DNA of 63,986 nucleotides, the filler included, from Reticulomyxa filosa (lineage: Eukaryota > Protista > Foraminifera), in the NCBI GenBank assembly GCA_000512085.1. It is 20 parts of 20 records of this genome, joined end to end, with 100 filler letters (N's around TTAATTAATTAA, not from the genome) between each part and the next. Parts side by side here need not be neighbours in the genome. Positions count along the whole stretch, not along the records: positions 9,340 to 12,544 come from ASPP01004953.1; positions 12,645 to 16,770 come from ASPP01042775.1; positions 16,871 to 20,602 come from ASPP01016394.1; positions 20,703 to 25,485 come from ASPP01024818.1; positions 25,586 to 29,366 come from ASPP01004794.1; 15 more parts are not named here. One strand, given 5' to 3'. A model generated the notes under the pieces. That model was given only the letters and a program-made list of their open reading frames with translations, was not told where the DNA came from and did no database searches. The number at the start of each line of letters is the position of its first letter. Within the stretch, counting starts at the first letter, position 1. Below are positions 12,227-25,623 of the stretch, one piece after another. The translations under genes were made by a program, and so were the position numbers.

Positions 12227-13070
12227 TCCAAGGTTTGGTATAGCATAATGAATGTGTTATAGAATTTTTTTGTTGTTGTTCCAATTTAATTGTTCAGCAC
12301 AAGAACAATTCAGTATGGCCTTATTTCAGAGTACTCGAATTCCCATTTTTTTAAAAAACAAAATTACTATCGTCCACTGTTAAAAAGCTCTAGAAAAAGG
12401 AGACTATCGTAACTCGGAACATTTGGTGACCTATATAAATATGAGAGATCGTTTCGATCTCCACAAAATCTTGAAACAAATACTAATAAAAACACTTTTT
12501 TGTTTTTAAACATACAAACATCCTCCTTAAGGGTTTTTCATACCNNNNNNNNNNNNNNNNNNNNNNNNNNNNNNNNNNNNNNNNNNNNTTAATTAATTAA
12601 NNNNNNNNNNNNNNNNNNNNNNNNNNNNNNNNNNNNNNNNNNNNTTATTGATTATAAATTACCACGTATTCTAACAATTTTTGACAATGATGAACATGTC
12701 AAATTTATGTCAACTAATTGATCAAAAAAAAAAATAAAAGTTAAAATATTTTAATTTGTTTATTTCTTTTTTTAAATAAAATAATGTTTCATAATTAAAA
12801 AAAATAGGTCCAACAAAAAAGAAAACGAAAAAAATAAGAAATACCTATAAAGGTAATAATAACAAAATGCCAGACAAGAATGCAGCTCCTTTAGTGAATG
12901 TAATACTCCAAATCTCTGGATACATGATATGGAGTGGAGCCAGTGTTAGTATGATGATTGGATATCCACATTTTCCAATATTCGATTTTTTTATTTGTTC
13001 TTTTAAAAATACTTATTTTTCCAACACTAAATTATCTTGGAAGTTGGTTTTTGTGAGATTTCATAAAATT

Positions 13071-13195
13071 TTTTTGCAGCAAAATTTGCATGAACGTGCA
13101 AAATTAACTAGGATCTTGCAAAATCGATAAAAAACTTGCGAATATGTGCAAGAACGTGCGAAAATACTTGAAAATATGCGAACATGCGCAAAAAA
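13071..13195. repeat. Degenerate ~10-bp periodic tandem repeat (A-rich...TGCA/TGCG)
   Basis: aaaatttgca tgaacgtgca ... ggatcttgca ... aaaacttgcg aatatgtgca agaacgtgcg ... aaaatatgcg aacatgcgca. Confidence 0.5.
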
Positions 13196-13254
13196 CATTA
13201 AAAATTACTAAATTTTTTTAATTCATACTAACTAATTTTTAATTTAGTTTTCTT

Positions 13255-14580
13255 CATTTGAATATCTCGCCAATCTGGAAACACAGCATCACTACTTAAA
13301 TATTCAATAAAGCAAGCTAAACTTTCATTTAACCATAATTGAGACCACCAATCCATGTAACTAAATTACCAAATCATTGATGTGCTAATTCATGACAAAC
13401 AACTATTGCTACATATCTCAATTCTCGTACCGAAATCTTTTCTTTGTCGGCCAACAATGCAATTTCTCGATACGTGATTAAACCCCAATTTTCCATTGCT
13501 CATGCTGCAAAATCTGGTACTGCAATAATATCACATTTCGGTAACGGATATTCAATCTCAAAATATCTATAATATTGATTACAATACAATACAATACAAT
13601 AACAAACATTATATAATAAATAAATAAGAAGATAATATTTTTATATAATAATGTCAATTTTTTTTATTACTCCATCAAAGAAAATTAACTTTTCATAAAA
13701 ATCTAAGCACTTGCATGTAGAATTTTTTTTTTCAATTTGAGTCCATACACGTACCATAATATTCCGACTTGTTTTCGATTCAACGCTTTCAAATTCACCA
13801 ACAAACCATGCTAATAAATACGTTGATATTATTGGCGATTTGTCAAAAACAACAGTTTTGACAGAATCAAACGACTTTGTTTCAACCACTATACAAAAAA
13901 AGATCACATTACGCACACAATCAAAGCAAACACTAAAATAAATAAATATTTAAAGAAAATCATGGTGCAGTTAGTTCTAAATTAAATGTTGCTTTAGCAC
14001 TGGGTTCATCACAACAAGTCAATGCCTTACGAGCATCTGTTCCTTCAAATTGTGTTATGTCAAAATACGCAGGATCGCAATCTATTTTTTTTTTTTTTTG
14101 GTACAAATTTTTTATTCATATGACTTTATTTTTTCGTAGAAACAAAAAAAAAAAAAAAAAAAAGGATGTTTAACTGGACCGTACGTCCCGAGTAATCAAT
14201 ACACAATTGATGGGTAATCTTGGCAGGCAATTTCTTTGGTAAAGGAATACGTGCTTGTTGTTTCTACAATGTTTTTTTTGGAATACAAAAAAACTAGTTA
14301 TGTATTTTCATTTATTGATACTTTGTTTAGTTAACTTGAGTATCGTATGTAACATCTCCAATCTTGATATCCAATACTTCGGTTCCATTTCGAACTTGAA
14401 TTTTCAATAAAGACAAGTTCACAGTATTTAATGTAATAAAATCGCTATCCTTTTTTACCAATAGATCAATTTCGACACGTCCAAAAAATCGATAATGTTT
14501 GATTAAATCAAAAGTAATTGAAAGGAAATAATGGGTAGGTATTACATTTTTTGGTAAAACCTCTTTTTCTTTTTCTTTCT
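13255..14580 (-). pseudogene. M1 (puromycin-sensitive type) aminopeptidase pseudogene
   Basis: [34 protein letters not shown] and SPIISTYLLAWFVGEF are present. [28 protein letters not shown] has TGA at 13500-13502 in the GAMEN motif. [14 protein letters not shown] is followed by a frameshift before DWWSQLWLNE, and the gene is truncated after that. Confidence 0.88.
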
Positions 14581-16881
14581 GCTTTTTTCACATACATACA
14601 AAAAAAAAAGCATTCATCTTTTCTTCAAATTCCCACAAATGATATACATAGATTCGAGAGAAAATAGAGAAACACTGGCTTTATCTCAAAATATTATAGA
14701 AATTTTTTAAAGTTCTAAAAAAAAAACAAGCCCCACAACAACAATAAAAGCAAATAATAACAAAAATCAAGCAGATCAGAATAAACAAGTATCATTGAAA
14801 TCACAAAAATTTACATTTAAATAAAAACATATAACATATATTAAAAATTAGTTTTACTATTGATACCAATGTTTCGTTTAAAGTTTGAAGTCTCCTTTTC
14901 CTCTACAAACTTACTTTTCACTTTCTTTCTTTTCTGGTTTAATTAACTTGTTTCCCTTTTACTGATAAGTCATTCATAGAGCACTATTTTCGTATTACAC
15001 TTTGTGCAAGTCAAAGTGGCAGTTGGTATCCCCACGTTATTCAATAGAACGAAATTATTCTTCGGGCTAAGTTATTGTTTTGTATCTGCATATTAAAACG
15101 ATGTCAATGACAAGATATATTTATATATTTGTAATTTCTCAAATAATTATATCACAAATTATATAGTAAATAATCTAAAATTTATCAAAATGATAATTTA
15201 TTTCACATATTTATAATACATTTGTATGCTTCAAAAATGTTTTTATTCTCAGAACTTTATATCAAGTATATATTCGTTTGTAGAAAATGATAAATATAAT
15301 TATTATACTATTTTATAAATATTTCAAAATATTTCTAATGATACGATGATTTTATTGTATTGATTTATTTTTCAATATTTTTTTAAATTGAATTTATTTT
15401 GGTTTTTTTTTTTTCAATACACAAGACATTATAACATATCTTTCAAACTTTTCTGGAAAGAAATTACAAAGCAGTTTAATAATATTCACAAATGGAAGTG
15501 AAATAAATTATAATATTTTCAAAAAATATTTGCAGAAAGTGATTAGAGAGTTGTAGAACAAGCCCCTACTATAAACTCCTGAAAGAGTTGAGGAGCTCCC
15601 AGTGTGTTAAACTTCTTCACTCTTTGTTTGCGTTATTCATCTTCCATTTACTTAATTTACTTTTGCTTTATCGAAAATAGATCTCTTTTTTTTGAGCAAA
15701 ACTTTTTGTATTACATTTAGTATAGTCTCTTATCAGCAACAGACTTTCCACAGAGTAAAAATCGCTGCATATGAATTAAAAATGTTAATTTGAAAAAATG
15801 ATTAAAATTCTTGAAGAATATAATAGAATTCATTGAATTGTTTGAACAATTTGTATTTACTTGCAATGTAGATTTTATCAGTATTTTTACTATTGATATT
15901 CCATTGAATAATTGAATATCTTATGCTCTGAATGAAATAAAAAATTCAGTTTATAAATACTATTGTAAAACTAGCAATATTCCTGCACAATATGTAGTGT
16001 AATGTCTTACTAATTACAGGAAAAGCTTAATATGAACGAGGGAATCCTTTTTTTTCTTCAATAATCTTCACTGCCTTTTGAAAATATCTTTCAGTAATTA
16101 CTTTCTTATTACACTTGGTGCTACCTCAATCTTCCTACAAATATGTATTACATGAATGAAATCAGAGAATTATCTCCTTAATTATCTTTATAAGACATGA
16201 AATAAAAATTATATAAAGTCAAAGAAACAAACATAAAATATAGCAATGAAAAATTAGTTTATATCATTTATTAGTATATGTTATATTACTATAGAAAAAA
16301 GTCAATAAAAATTTTTTTATTAATATTGCGTTCATTTGTGCTTAGTGAGACAATTTTAAAATCGAATTAAGTTTATTTGTGAACCAAATATTGTATTAGA
16401 CAGTAGAACTTACAATTTTTTAAATAATATATTATTTTTCAATGTAATCTATTGTTCAATATATTATCTTTTAATATATATCTTGCATGCATGATTAACA
16501 CTTTTTGAACTAAAGAAACTACAAGTCATTATACTACATTTACCAAAAATTAATCTTTTGATTACTAAGTCTATATTCTAAGTTTTATTTTTTATTCTTA
16601 ATTATTACAGTGAAATCATTTTTAAAAAAATTTGTTTTTCATGCATTTTGGTATGTCAGTTTTTTTTTGAAATATAATGTATTAAAAAATTTATCAAATA
16701 ACTTAAAATGTATCCACTTATACAGTATGTTGCAAAAAAACTAGCCACCTTATAAAGATGATAGATTTTCNNNNNNNNNNNNNNNNNNNNNNNNNNNNNN
16801 NNNNNNNNNNNNNNTTAATTAATTAANNNNNNNNNNNNNNNNNNNNNNNNNNNNNNNNNNNNNNNNNNNNTAAATATACAC

Positions 16882-16921
<40 letters not shown>

Positions 16922-16945
16922 ATATGTATGTATTGGGGAAGAGTA

Positions 16946-17846
16946 TCACCTGTGTCCTTTGCTTTCTTCATTTGTTTCACTGAGTGGCAATTGCAAAGAG
17001 GTAGGCCTCCTTGTTGCACTTTTGCTTCGCCTTTGATCGTGATTGGTTCCAAACAATTTGGCCATGTCATGCACTCGACTGACTTGCTTCGGCCTGTTGG
17101 AGTGAGTCTGCTTTGGTGTCTTTTTGGTCGACGCCGACAAGGTCACACTTCGCTGGTGACGAGATTTGGAATTGCCGTTGCTGTTGTCCGAATAGTTTTC
17201 GGAAGCTATCAAAGTAAGTGCGCCCGTGTTTGAAGACAATGTCACATTGGGTTGGTTTCGAGCCCTTTGGTCCTTGTTGCGTCCCTTGCTCGTATTGTGA
17301 CTGTTATGTGTGGAAAGAAGAGGTTTATTGAGGATCCCTCTGTTTTGGTTGGGTTTATTTGGCTTGTAACTATCGTTTTTGACGTCGTAAAGAACTGCTG
17401 ATAGGCTTCGACGATGATTTCGTCTCGCATTAGAGTTATCATTATTATTATTATCATTATTATTTATAGTGCCAGTCCTATTAGTATTTATATTGTCCTT
17501 TTTGATCTTTGTAGCCGTTGTCAATGTCGGGCTATTGCTTTTGGGATTTTGATTGGAATTGTTGCTCAACGCATTGATATAATTCATTTTGCTCTTATTT
17601 TGGTTTCCATTTGCAATGGAGGTGATCTCTTTGGCCACCTTTTTATTCTTCGCTGGGTGATGCAGCGCCTGTTCATATCTCTCTCGATAAGACATGGCTG
17701 CCTTTGCTTCCTTGCTTTCGACCGGCGCGTTTTTTTTCGGAGCTTGCATCGACGAATGACTCGCAACGGAGTTCTGGTTACTCGGCGGTGTCGATTGTGA
17801 AGGCAAGATGTTATTACTCAATGGTTTTGGAGGCTCATTTTTGTGT

Positions 17847-17880
<34 letters not shown>

Positions 17881-20511
17881 TGTATGATGATTTTTCCAAA
17901 CAAAACAATATTCCATTTTATCTTATATATGTTATGTGTATATGTTATATGTATATGTATTATAATAAATGTTACCATTCGATTGCTGACACACAATATC
18001 TTGTGAGGCAGTGACATTGCTTTGAGGACTGTTCTTGGCAGCAGACGACTGCTTTCGCGAAGGCGGACGACCCACTGGTTTGACTTGATTTTTTGGGCCA
18101 TGCAAAGAGTTCGTGGTGGCGGTGATCTCTTGTTTTTTTGCGAGTGATGACGGGTCTTGCAAAGTCGGGTCGGCTTTGGATTTTTTTTTTGGAGGCGGCT
18201 TTTTCCGGTCCTTGCCTCGACGTGTCGAGCCAGAGGACGGAGCAGGTTCGGGGAGTGGTGACACGGCCTCTTCGATCGACGATATGCGTACAGTGTTGTC
18301 ATGTTCGTCGACAAACTCTCCGACCAAGTCGGAGAGAGTGAACAAGACGCTTTCCTCTTTGGTCTTTTCCAGAGCTTCGACGAGCGGGTGCGTATGGTCC
18401 CCTTTGCTTTTGGTGCTATCGACAATCTGTTTTAACAAAGCGTCATTGAACAAAAAAAGATTAGACAATTTTTTCTTAAAAAATTAAAAAAAAAAAAAAA
18501 GAAAGCAAAACATGATCAGGAGTTTTAATGGTGGCAGTCGTGGACACAGACAGCGGAGCAAGATGTGTATTACCGGTGTAGGAGATGGTGACTTCGGCAT
18601 TTTCGTGTAACGTGGAGAGTTGTGAGACTGAGAGCTTGGATAACAAGCCGCGAGAGACAACGAATCCCAAATGATACAACAAAAAGTCTAGTTCACGCAA
18701 GTCGTTGAACCTGAAGTCGGGTCGCTTCATGCAAGTCTTCCATTCGTCAAACATTGTCGCAAGCTCTTCGTTCGTTAGCACCGTGTCTGGTTTCACTCTC
18801 TTCACGCTTTGTTTAAACGTTTCGAGGGATATCGTGTCCAATATATCTTTGTGCTTTTGCACGTAGCGTCGCAGCTCGTCGCGATGGACCCGTCGTAGCA
18901 AGGAGCTGTCGTGCGCCATTAGTCCGTGATTGTTTACTCGAAGTGAATGCACACGTGACAACGAGTCGTTTCTTTTTTTTTTTAAAAAAAAAAAAAAAAA
19001 ACGAAATATGAAACATGAATAATAATTTAATAATTTAAAAAAAAAAAAAAAAAAGAAATATATGCAAAGTAGTGTGGTCCTTGACTCGTTGCAATAATAA
19101 ACTCATGCAAGTCTGCCATTGGACTTGTCAATTCCAATCGCTGCGGAATAGCAAAGGCAAACGACGGAAGCGGCTTTAGGCGATAACTGAGTAGCGACGT
19201 TTGCGAAGAGGATGACTTCCTCTTCAACGCGTCCGTGGCCATTTCGTTAAACACAATTTGCGACATGGAAACGCTGCGATAGTGTTCCGACAACATTCCA
19301 TCATATTCCAGGGTTGTTCGCAGTTCAAACTCACTTCGAGGAAGTGCATTGTCCAGTAATATTTGATTAAACCGATCAATTGCCGAAGATTCCTTTTGAG
19401 TTATATACACATATTCATATGTGTGTATATGTATAAATGTATATATGCATATATGTATGTATGTGTGTTGACTTAGTGTTAGCAAAAAAAAAAAAAAAAA
19501 AAGACTTGTATAGTTTTTTGTGAATAATCTCTTCAATAATTCCGACGGCAAAATCTCAGGAAAAGACATGTATTCATCTCTGACGTGGTCCAAAAAATCG
19601 CACAAGGGTAATTCAAAGTTGGTTGTCAATTGCTGTGAGTGTTGGTAGATTTGCCTCGCTTCCGTTTTGTTGATGTCCAAGTCATAATATTCACACACTT
19701 TGTAAAACTCCTCAAATGTAATCTTTCCGTCGTTATTACCATCGGCTTTTTCGAATTCTTCTTTTAGCCTTTCAAAACTATTTTTCCGTTTCTTTACTTT
19801 TAGTTTCTCTTTCCAATTTTTTTTTTTTTTTTTTTCGCTATTATTTTTTTTTTCTTCTTCTTTTTGCAAATGTGTTGTTTTCTTTTTTTCTTTGGTTTTT
19901 TTTTCTTCTTCGTCTTCTGTCCTTTTGTGTTCGTCCTCCTCCTCCTCCTTCTCTTTGTCACTATTATCATCATCATCACTATCACTACTATTACTTTCAC
20001 TATCACTCTCACTCTCATTGTCATCGTTACTACTGTCTTCTTCATCCTCACTTGGATTGTTACTTTTGTCTTCCTCACTTTCATCTTTATCTTTATCTTC
20101 ATCTTCATCTTCATTTTCATCTTCATTCTCACTTGCACTTTCACATCCACTCCCACGTGCACTTGCACTTGCACTTGCACTTGGACTTTCGTTGCCGTCA
20201 TTGACAGACGCATGTAGAGCAAAGACGTCTTTGATCCACGCATCAATAGTATACGCACGACTTGCAACTTTGGGGTCGGAGACACTCTGCTCGTGCACAT
20301 AGATTGGCATACTGTTTAATCGTTGCATGAACATGTCAATTCGAATGGACGTGCCATTGCTCGTATTCAAATGGAAGATGTGTTGGACCTGCTTTTTCGT
20401 GAGATCGCAGAGTCCAGATAGTCCCTTGGAAAACTGTTCCAATGTCACAAAGCCATCGTCGTCGCTGTCATTGAATTCCAAATAACTGCGAATGCGAGAT
20501 GACATTATCAA
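16946..20511 (-). CDS. Large EF-hand calcium-binding protein with acidic and low-complexity regions (multi-exon, partial)
   Basis: Canonical EF loops DSDDDGFVTLEQF and DGNNDGKITFEEF. Consecutive minus-strand ORFs are separated by short intron-like tracts. Confidence 0.7.
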
Positions 20512-20702
20512 ACCCTATCAATAAACAAATATATATATGTATATATTTATATATGTTGTTTTTTTTTTTTTTCCCCCTTTTTTTTTTTTTTTTTTTTTTT
20601 TTNNNNNNNNNNNNNNNNNNNNNNNNNNNNNNNNNNNNNNNNNNNNTTAATTAATTAANNNNNNNNNNNNNNNNNNNNNNNNNNNNNNNNNNNNNNNNNN
20701 NN

Positions 20703-20737
<35 letters not shown>

Positions 20738-22180
20738 CTATTATTAGCATTATTAGTATTGCTATTGCCATTGACATTTTCCGTCGACTCACTCTTCACC
20801 TCGTCTTTTTTGATATCTTCATTCTCTTTGGGTGGGACCACGTGGCTATCATGACCAGTCTTCCCAAGCACTGTCGTCAACATTGTCTTCAAACACATGA
20901 ATGAGTGCTTCCTCACTATTGGGGATTTGTCTTGGACTGTCCCTACAAATGCTGCCACTAACTTTTCTATATTTATGTATGTATGTATTTATTTATTTAT
21001 TTATATGCATATATTACATAATATAATTTGTACACCTCTTTTTTTTTTCTTCAAACAATACAAACGAAACTGTGGTCGACATTGGTGTTGATGATGAGGA
21101 GAATGGAATTTTCGCACGAAGACACGGACTGAATGTGCTTGTCGGTCAAATGGCTCATCAGCTTTTTAATGTAAAATATGGCATATGTGTTGAATTCGTT
21201 GCAATGGTGTTTCGCCATTGTGACAACTAACTCAAATACTTTTTCATGGATTTCCGAACTTGTCATTTTTAACTACACGTTTTTTGTATTATTATTATTA
21301 TTATTATTATTAAATAAATTCAACTTCAAAAAAAAAAAAAAAAAAAACAAAACTAATATAGGCATAGAAGTCTTGAATTGCGTGATGACATATTGGGCAT
21401 CTTCACTAGACAATGGCGGATCAGTGGAGGCAATGAGATGAGAGAGTTTATCAAAGATTTGAAGACGTTGTTTGTCCAAAGTACTTTTATCTGGCAACAA
21501 GCCCAACATGTAATCGATCATTTGTTTTGGGGTGGTCATGTCTTTTGGTATCTCAAACGGCTTGCCTTTGTTCTTATTCGCTTCATTCGCTTTGCTCGTC
21601 GTTCCGATAGACTTACGTGGCACTGAGGTCGCTGTCCTTTGGGTGGTCTTTGTTTCAGTCACTTTCGTTTTTTGTCCTTTCGTAGATTCACTTCTCGTTG
21701 GAGACTTTGCTTGCTCTGCTCGTCCACGAGATGGCGATGCCTTCTTCATTTATCATTGTGTGTGTGTGCGCACATGCAAACATGCAAAAAAAAAAATATT
21801 ATTATTATATATGTATGCGTATATCATGTTGGATATTTCACACTTCTCAATATACCACTCTTTTGACAATGGAACGAATTTTATCAGGGACCACAAATAT
21901 TCCTTTGCCTGGTGGACATGTAAAGTATTTTGTTCCTTTAAAGGTACCATCGTGCCCATTTGGTATTTCTTTGTCACATTCCACTCCAATGCAGACTTTG
22001 CCTATTCCCATTTTTTAACAGGAAATGTCAAAGTTGTTCCAAACAAAAACGAAACAAATCAAAGATAATAATTTTACCTATGGATTGAATTCTTCCAATA
22101 AAACGCACATGACCACGACGATTGTCTTTTATCAATTGAACATAATCTCCTACTTCAAAATCTTTAGTTGTCAAGGCCAT
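20703..22180 (-). CDS. CAP-Gly domain protein with basic Ser/Thr-rich linker and C-terminal HEAT/TOG(CLASP)-like helical domain (3' partial)
   Basis: Splicing from ATG 22180 gives MALTTKDFEVGDYVQLIKDNRRGHVRFIGRIQSIG|KVCIGVECDKEIPNGHDGTFKGTKYFTCPPGKGIFVVPDKI, a clear CAP-Gly missed by the ORF track. HEAT-like helices follow (IKKLMSHLTDKH; VQDKSPIVRKHSFMCL). Confidence 0.8.
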
Positions 22181-22528
22181 AGCAATACTTTTTTAAATTT
22201 TATTCCCTTTTTTCACTGAAGAAAAATATTCACTCTATAATTGATTAGCTCGCGACACTTTTGACATAAAAAAATTGACAAAAATTAGAATAATAAATTA
22301 TTTGGTAAGTTTTTTTGAATTAATAATTTGAATGCAAACTCAGACAGAATAAACTAAAGTTAATAATTGCTGTTTCGTGAAAAACTCAAATTAAAATTTT
22401 ACAAACTATAACAGTTTTTAATATTTTATGAACTGTGTGATTTGCTTGCTTATTTTTTATTAGTTGAATTCTTTTGTATGTTGAACAAAATTGAAAATGA
22501 AAACTAATATTTGGTATTATTTTAAATT

Positions 22529-23790
22529 CTACAAAACCAATCGAAGCAATTCAGATGGTGGATTTTTTTGTTTCCATCTCGACAAAAGGGCAAATCCATC
22601 AATAATATTTGTTTGCATGCAAAGTGTAACAATTTCACCAAGTCTTGCATGCATATCTCTTGTCACCCATGACATTCCTTCATGAAAATGTCCATCTAAT
22701 TCTGTTTGCATTTCTTTTTCCAAAAAGAGTTTATTTTCCTTCACTTTGTTCCATTTTTGTTGGGAAAAATATTGGAATGATTGATATAAAATGTCAATAA
22801 AATCAAAGCATTGTTGAAATTGTTTGGAAGTCATTTTATTCGCACGTGTTGTAAGAGCACGTAAAAGAGTCCATATTTCCTTATTGCAAACAGAGATATT
22901 ATTGTCATTCTTGTTGATATCACTCGTATGTTGTTCATTTTTTTGATCATCATTGATTTGGTCATTTCGTTTATTAAATTGTGAAATGATTTGATTGGCA
23001 TAAAAAAATGATACTTGCAATGCATTATGTCGCTGTTGAGAAGATTTGACTGTACTTACATTTGAAGAATGCTTTCTCAATCGTAATAGCGGTTGTTTCA
23101 AGTTCATTGCAATACAATTGTAATCAAATAATAATCGAAACCATAAATAATAATCTTCACATCCCGAATATTTATCATCATAATGACACATGTCCAAAGA
23201 CAATTGCTTCCAATTGAACATCACACAAGGATGATTTAAAGGACAATAAAAAAACATTGACCAATCAATTGCTATTGGATTTGATGGATATTCGATTCTT
23301 TTTTGTTCACCACTTTTCATTGTATGTATATATGGTTCACTATTATTTTCTTTTTACAGATACAATCAAATCTTAACTTTGTGGAGAAAACAATAACATT
23401 AGATGACAAAATTTGGACATAGGGATGACTTTTAAGAAATGTCACTTGCTCGATAATACGGTCATCATTACAAATATCATCACTGTCCATTCGAGCAACA
23501 TATAAAATATCCTCTTTGTGCTCTTTGATAATGTGATCAATTCCAGTATTTAATGCTTTTACTATTCCTTTATTATTTTCAATGTCGATGCAAGATATAT
23601 TATTATGTTGCTTTTTATATGTTTCCAAAATTTCTTTTGTCTTGTCAGTTGAACCGTCATTCACTACTAACACCTCCAAAGGTTTGTACGTTTGACGAAC
23701 CAGTGAAGTCAAGCTTTCTTCAAGATAGTTTTCACTGTTCCAAGCAGGTACGAGCACAATCACTTTTTCTTGCTTCGTTTCTTGAGTCAT
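22529..23790 (-). CDS. Glycosyltransferase family 2 (GT-A fold), one intron at about 23377-23312
   Basis: VLVPAWNSENYLEESLTSLVRQTY..LEVLVVNDGSTD, NKGIVKALNTG, YVARMDSDD (DxD), HPCVMF, EDYYLWFRL. Confidence 0.9.
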
Positions 23791-24134
23791 TTGTAATAAG
23801 AGTTTTCTTTTTTAATGAACTCAATTGTTAACCCTTTTTTACCGGTTAAAACTAAAACAAGCCCAAGTACAGAAATGATATCCTAAACAAACAAATAAGA
23901 AGTAAAAACTGATTTAATTTTTTAGTTTTTTTCAAATAGATCCAGATCATGTTACTTAAAAAAAAAAGAAAAGACTTTGAGTTGGTTGAAGACAGAAAAA
24001 ATCTTTGATCATAAGCTCTCTATCTTAAGAACTCAATCCCTTGAGTTTTTACCAAAATAAGATATCACTAGAGTTATTTTTGTGGAAACAATATTTGTTA
24101 AGAGCAATCTCTTTCAAATATGACAATAATGAGA

Positions 24135-25485
24135 TGATCTTGTTGAACGAGCTTCTAAAAAGAGATATGTTTATGCAAATCAAACCAGGTCTGGGTTTGT
24201 AGATAAGAAGGCAAAGAACGGCAATGTGTCACAACACAGTAGCGTACCTCTCGTTGAGGTAGTAGTTACAGTACACATTGTCTTAACATGTATAGGTCTA
24301 ATCAAATTTCATGAACACACTTTTCGTTTTGGTTTTCCCTTTTTTTAAGTGAAAGAGGACGAGGGGCGCTGTCAAAGGCAAATTTTTAAATTAGATAATT
24401 GTAATAATTTTCCTCTTTGAGCTTTTGAAAAGAATTGCAACGATTGGAGCATGCGTTAAGTGAAAATTGTCGCTTCTCATTGCGTCCCCTCAAAAAAAAA
24501 AAAAAAAAGTAACTAACTGACTAAAAGCAAAATGGTGTGGACATGATACAGAAAACGTGGACACAAGTCTACTCGTGTGGGGAGGCTACTTCACATCGAA
24601 TGATCAAAAATCAAACAAAGAGAATCGTTGGTTGGTATGTGTAAACATCAACAAGCAAGAGATTAACATTGCGCAGCATGAAGAAGACTCGACGGTGTAT
24701 CCATTTAAATCGGTGATGTGTGTCTTTACGAATATGAAATATGACAACGCATTGATGATCTTTTTCAACAATGGCAAAGAGCCATTGCATTTCTTTTGCG
24801 ACAGCGAGCAAGACCGCGACTCATTGCATCAACTGCTGGCCAGCGTTCCAGCAGGGAAATTCAAAGAGGTGCCATAGGCGTTGGCGCCAAGCCCGAATTG
24901 GAAACAGAATGCTTTAAAAAAGGCAAGTTGAAATGGGCCTCCAGACAAATGGTCGTCGTTAAAAATCGCATCTTAATCTTTCGAAGTAACGATAGGTCTC
25001 AGTTTCCTTTGAACATGATCTCCTTATTGGAACCCAATGTTTTTGTTTCTTTGAGTGATCAATACGAAAAAGCCATTCAGGTTTTTATTACATTTTTTTT
25101 TTTTTTTAAAAATACGTATACGTTTTTTTTTTTTTTTTTTAAATTGATATGATATTGATATGAACAACTAATAATAATAATAATATATTATACACACACA
25201 CACACAAAAGATAAATTCGCAAGAAAGACCCTTTCATTTTCAATTGAAAGACGACGTTGAAGCTAAGAATTTAGTGGACACATTGGAGAGAATGCGACAG
25301 CGTATGATTGGAGAAGCCAAACATTATCACGACTTGAAAACGATGGCCGAATCAAAGTCAATGCTTAATATGCGTCAAAAAGTTGGTTGTTTTTTTTTTT
25401 TTTTTTGTCAATATATACACATACATATACGTATACGTATGCATATACATATATGTATGATAGGGTATGATGAATCGTCAAGAAA
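24135..25485 (+). CDS. Tandem PH-like domain protein (spliced, probable frameshift near 24855)
   Basis: ETECFKKGKLKWASRQMVVVKNRILIFRSNDRSQFPLNMISL...PFHFQLKDDVEAKNLVDTLERMR fits the PH pattern. The preceding segment ends LHFFCDSEQDRDSLHQLL, also PH-like. Start uncertain. Confidence 0.55.
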
Positions 25486-25585
25486 NNNNNNNNNNNNNNN
25501 NNNNNNNNNNNNNNNNNNNNNNNNNNNNNTTAATTAATTAANNNNNNNNNNNNNNNNNNNNNNNNNNNNNNNNNNNNNNNNNNNN

Positions 25586-25620
<35 letters not shown>

Positions 25621-25623
<3 letters not shown>

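Noticed and set aside
13255-13510. TGA reassignment (alternative genetic code)
   Set aside because: TGA replaces both Gly and Trp and co-occurs with frameshifts, while intact genes use TGG for Trp and TGA as a stop.
14600-16770. Long ORF-free AT-rich stretch as an ncRNA or mobile element
   Set aside because: No recognisable RNA motif, terminal repeats or transposase remnant.
19800-20302. Overlapping poly-Ser/His/Ile ORFs in several frames
   Set aside because: By-products of trinucleotide and hexanucleotide repeats in the acidic region of the EF-hand gene. The same applies at 8373-9035 and 43682-44042.
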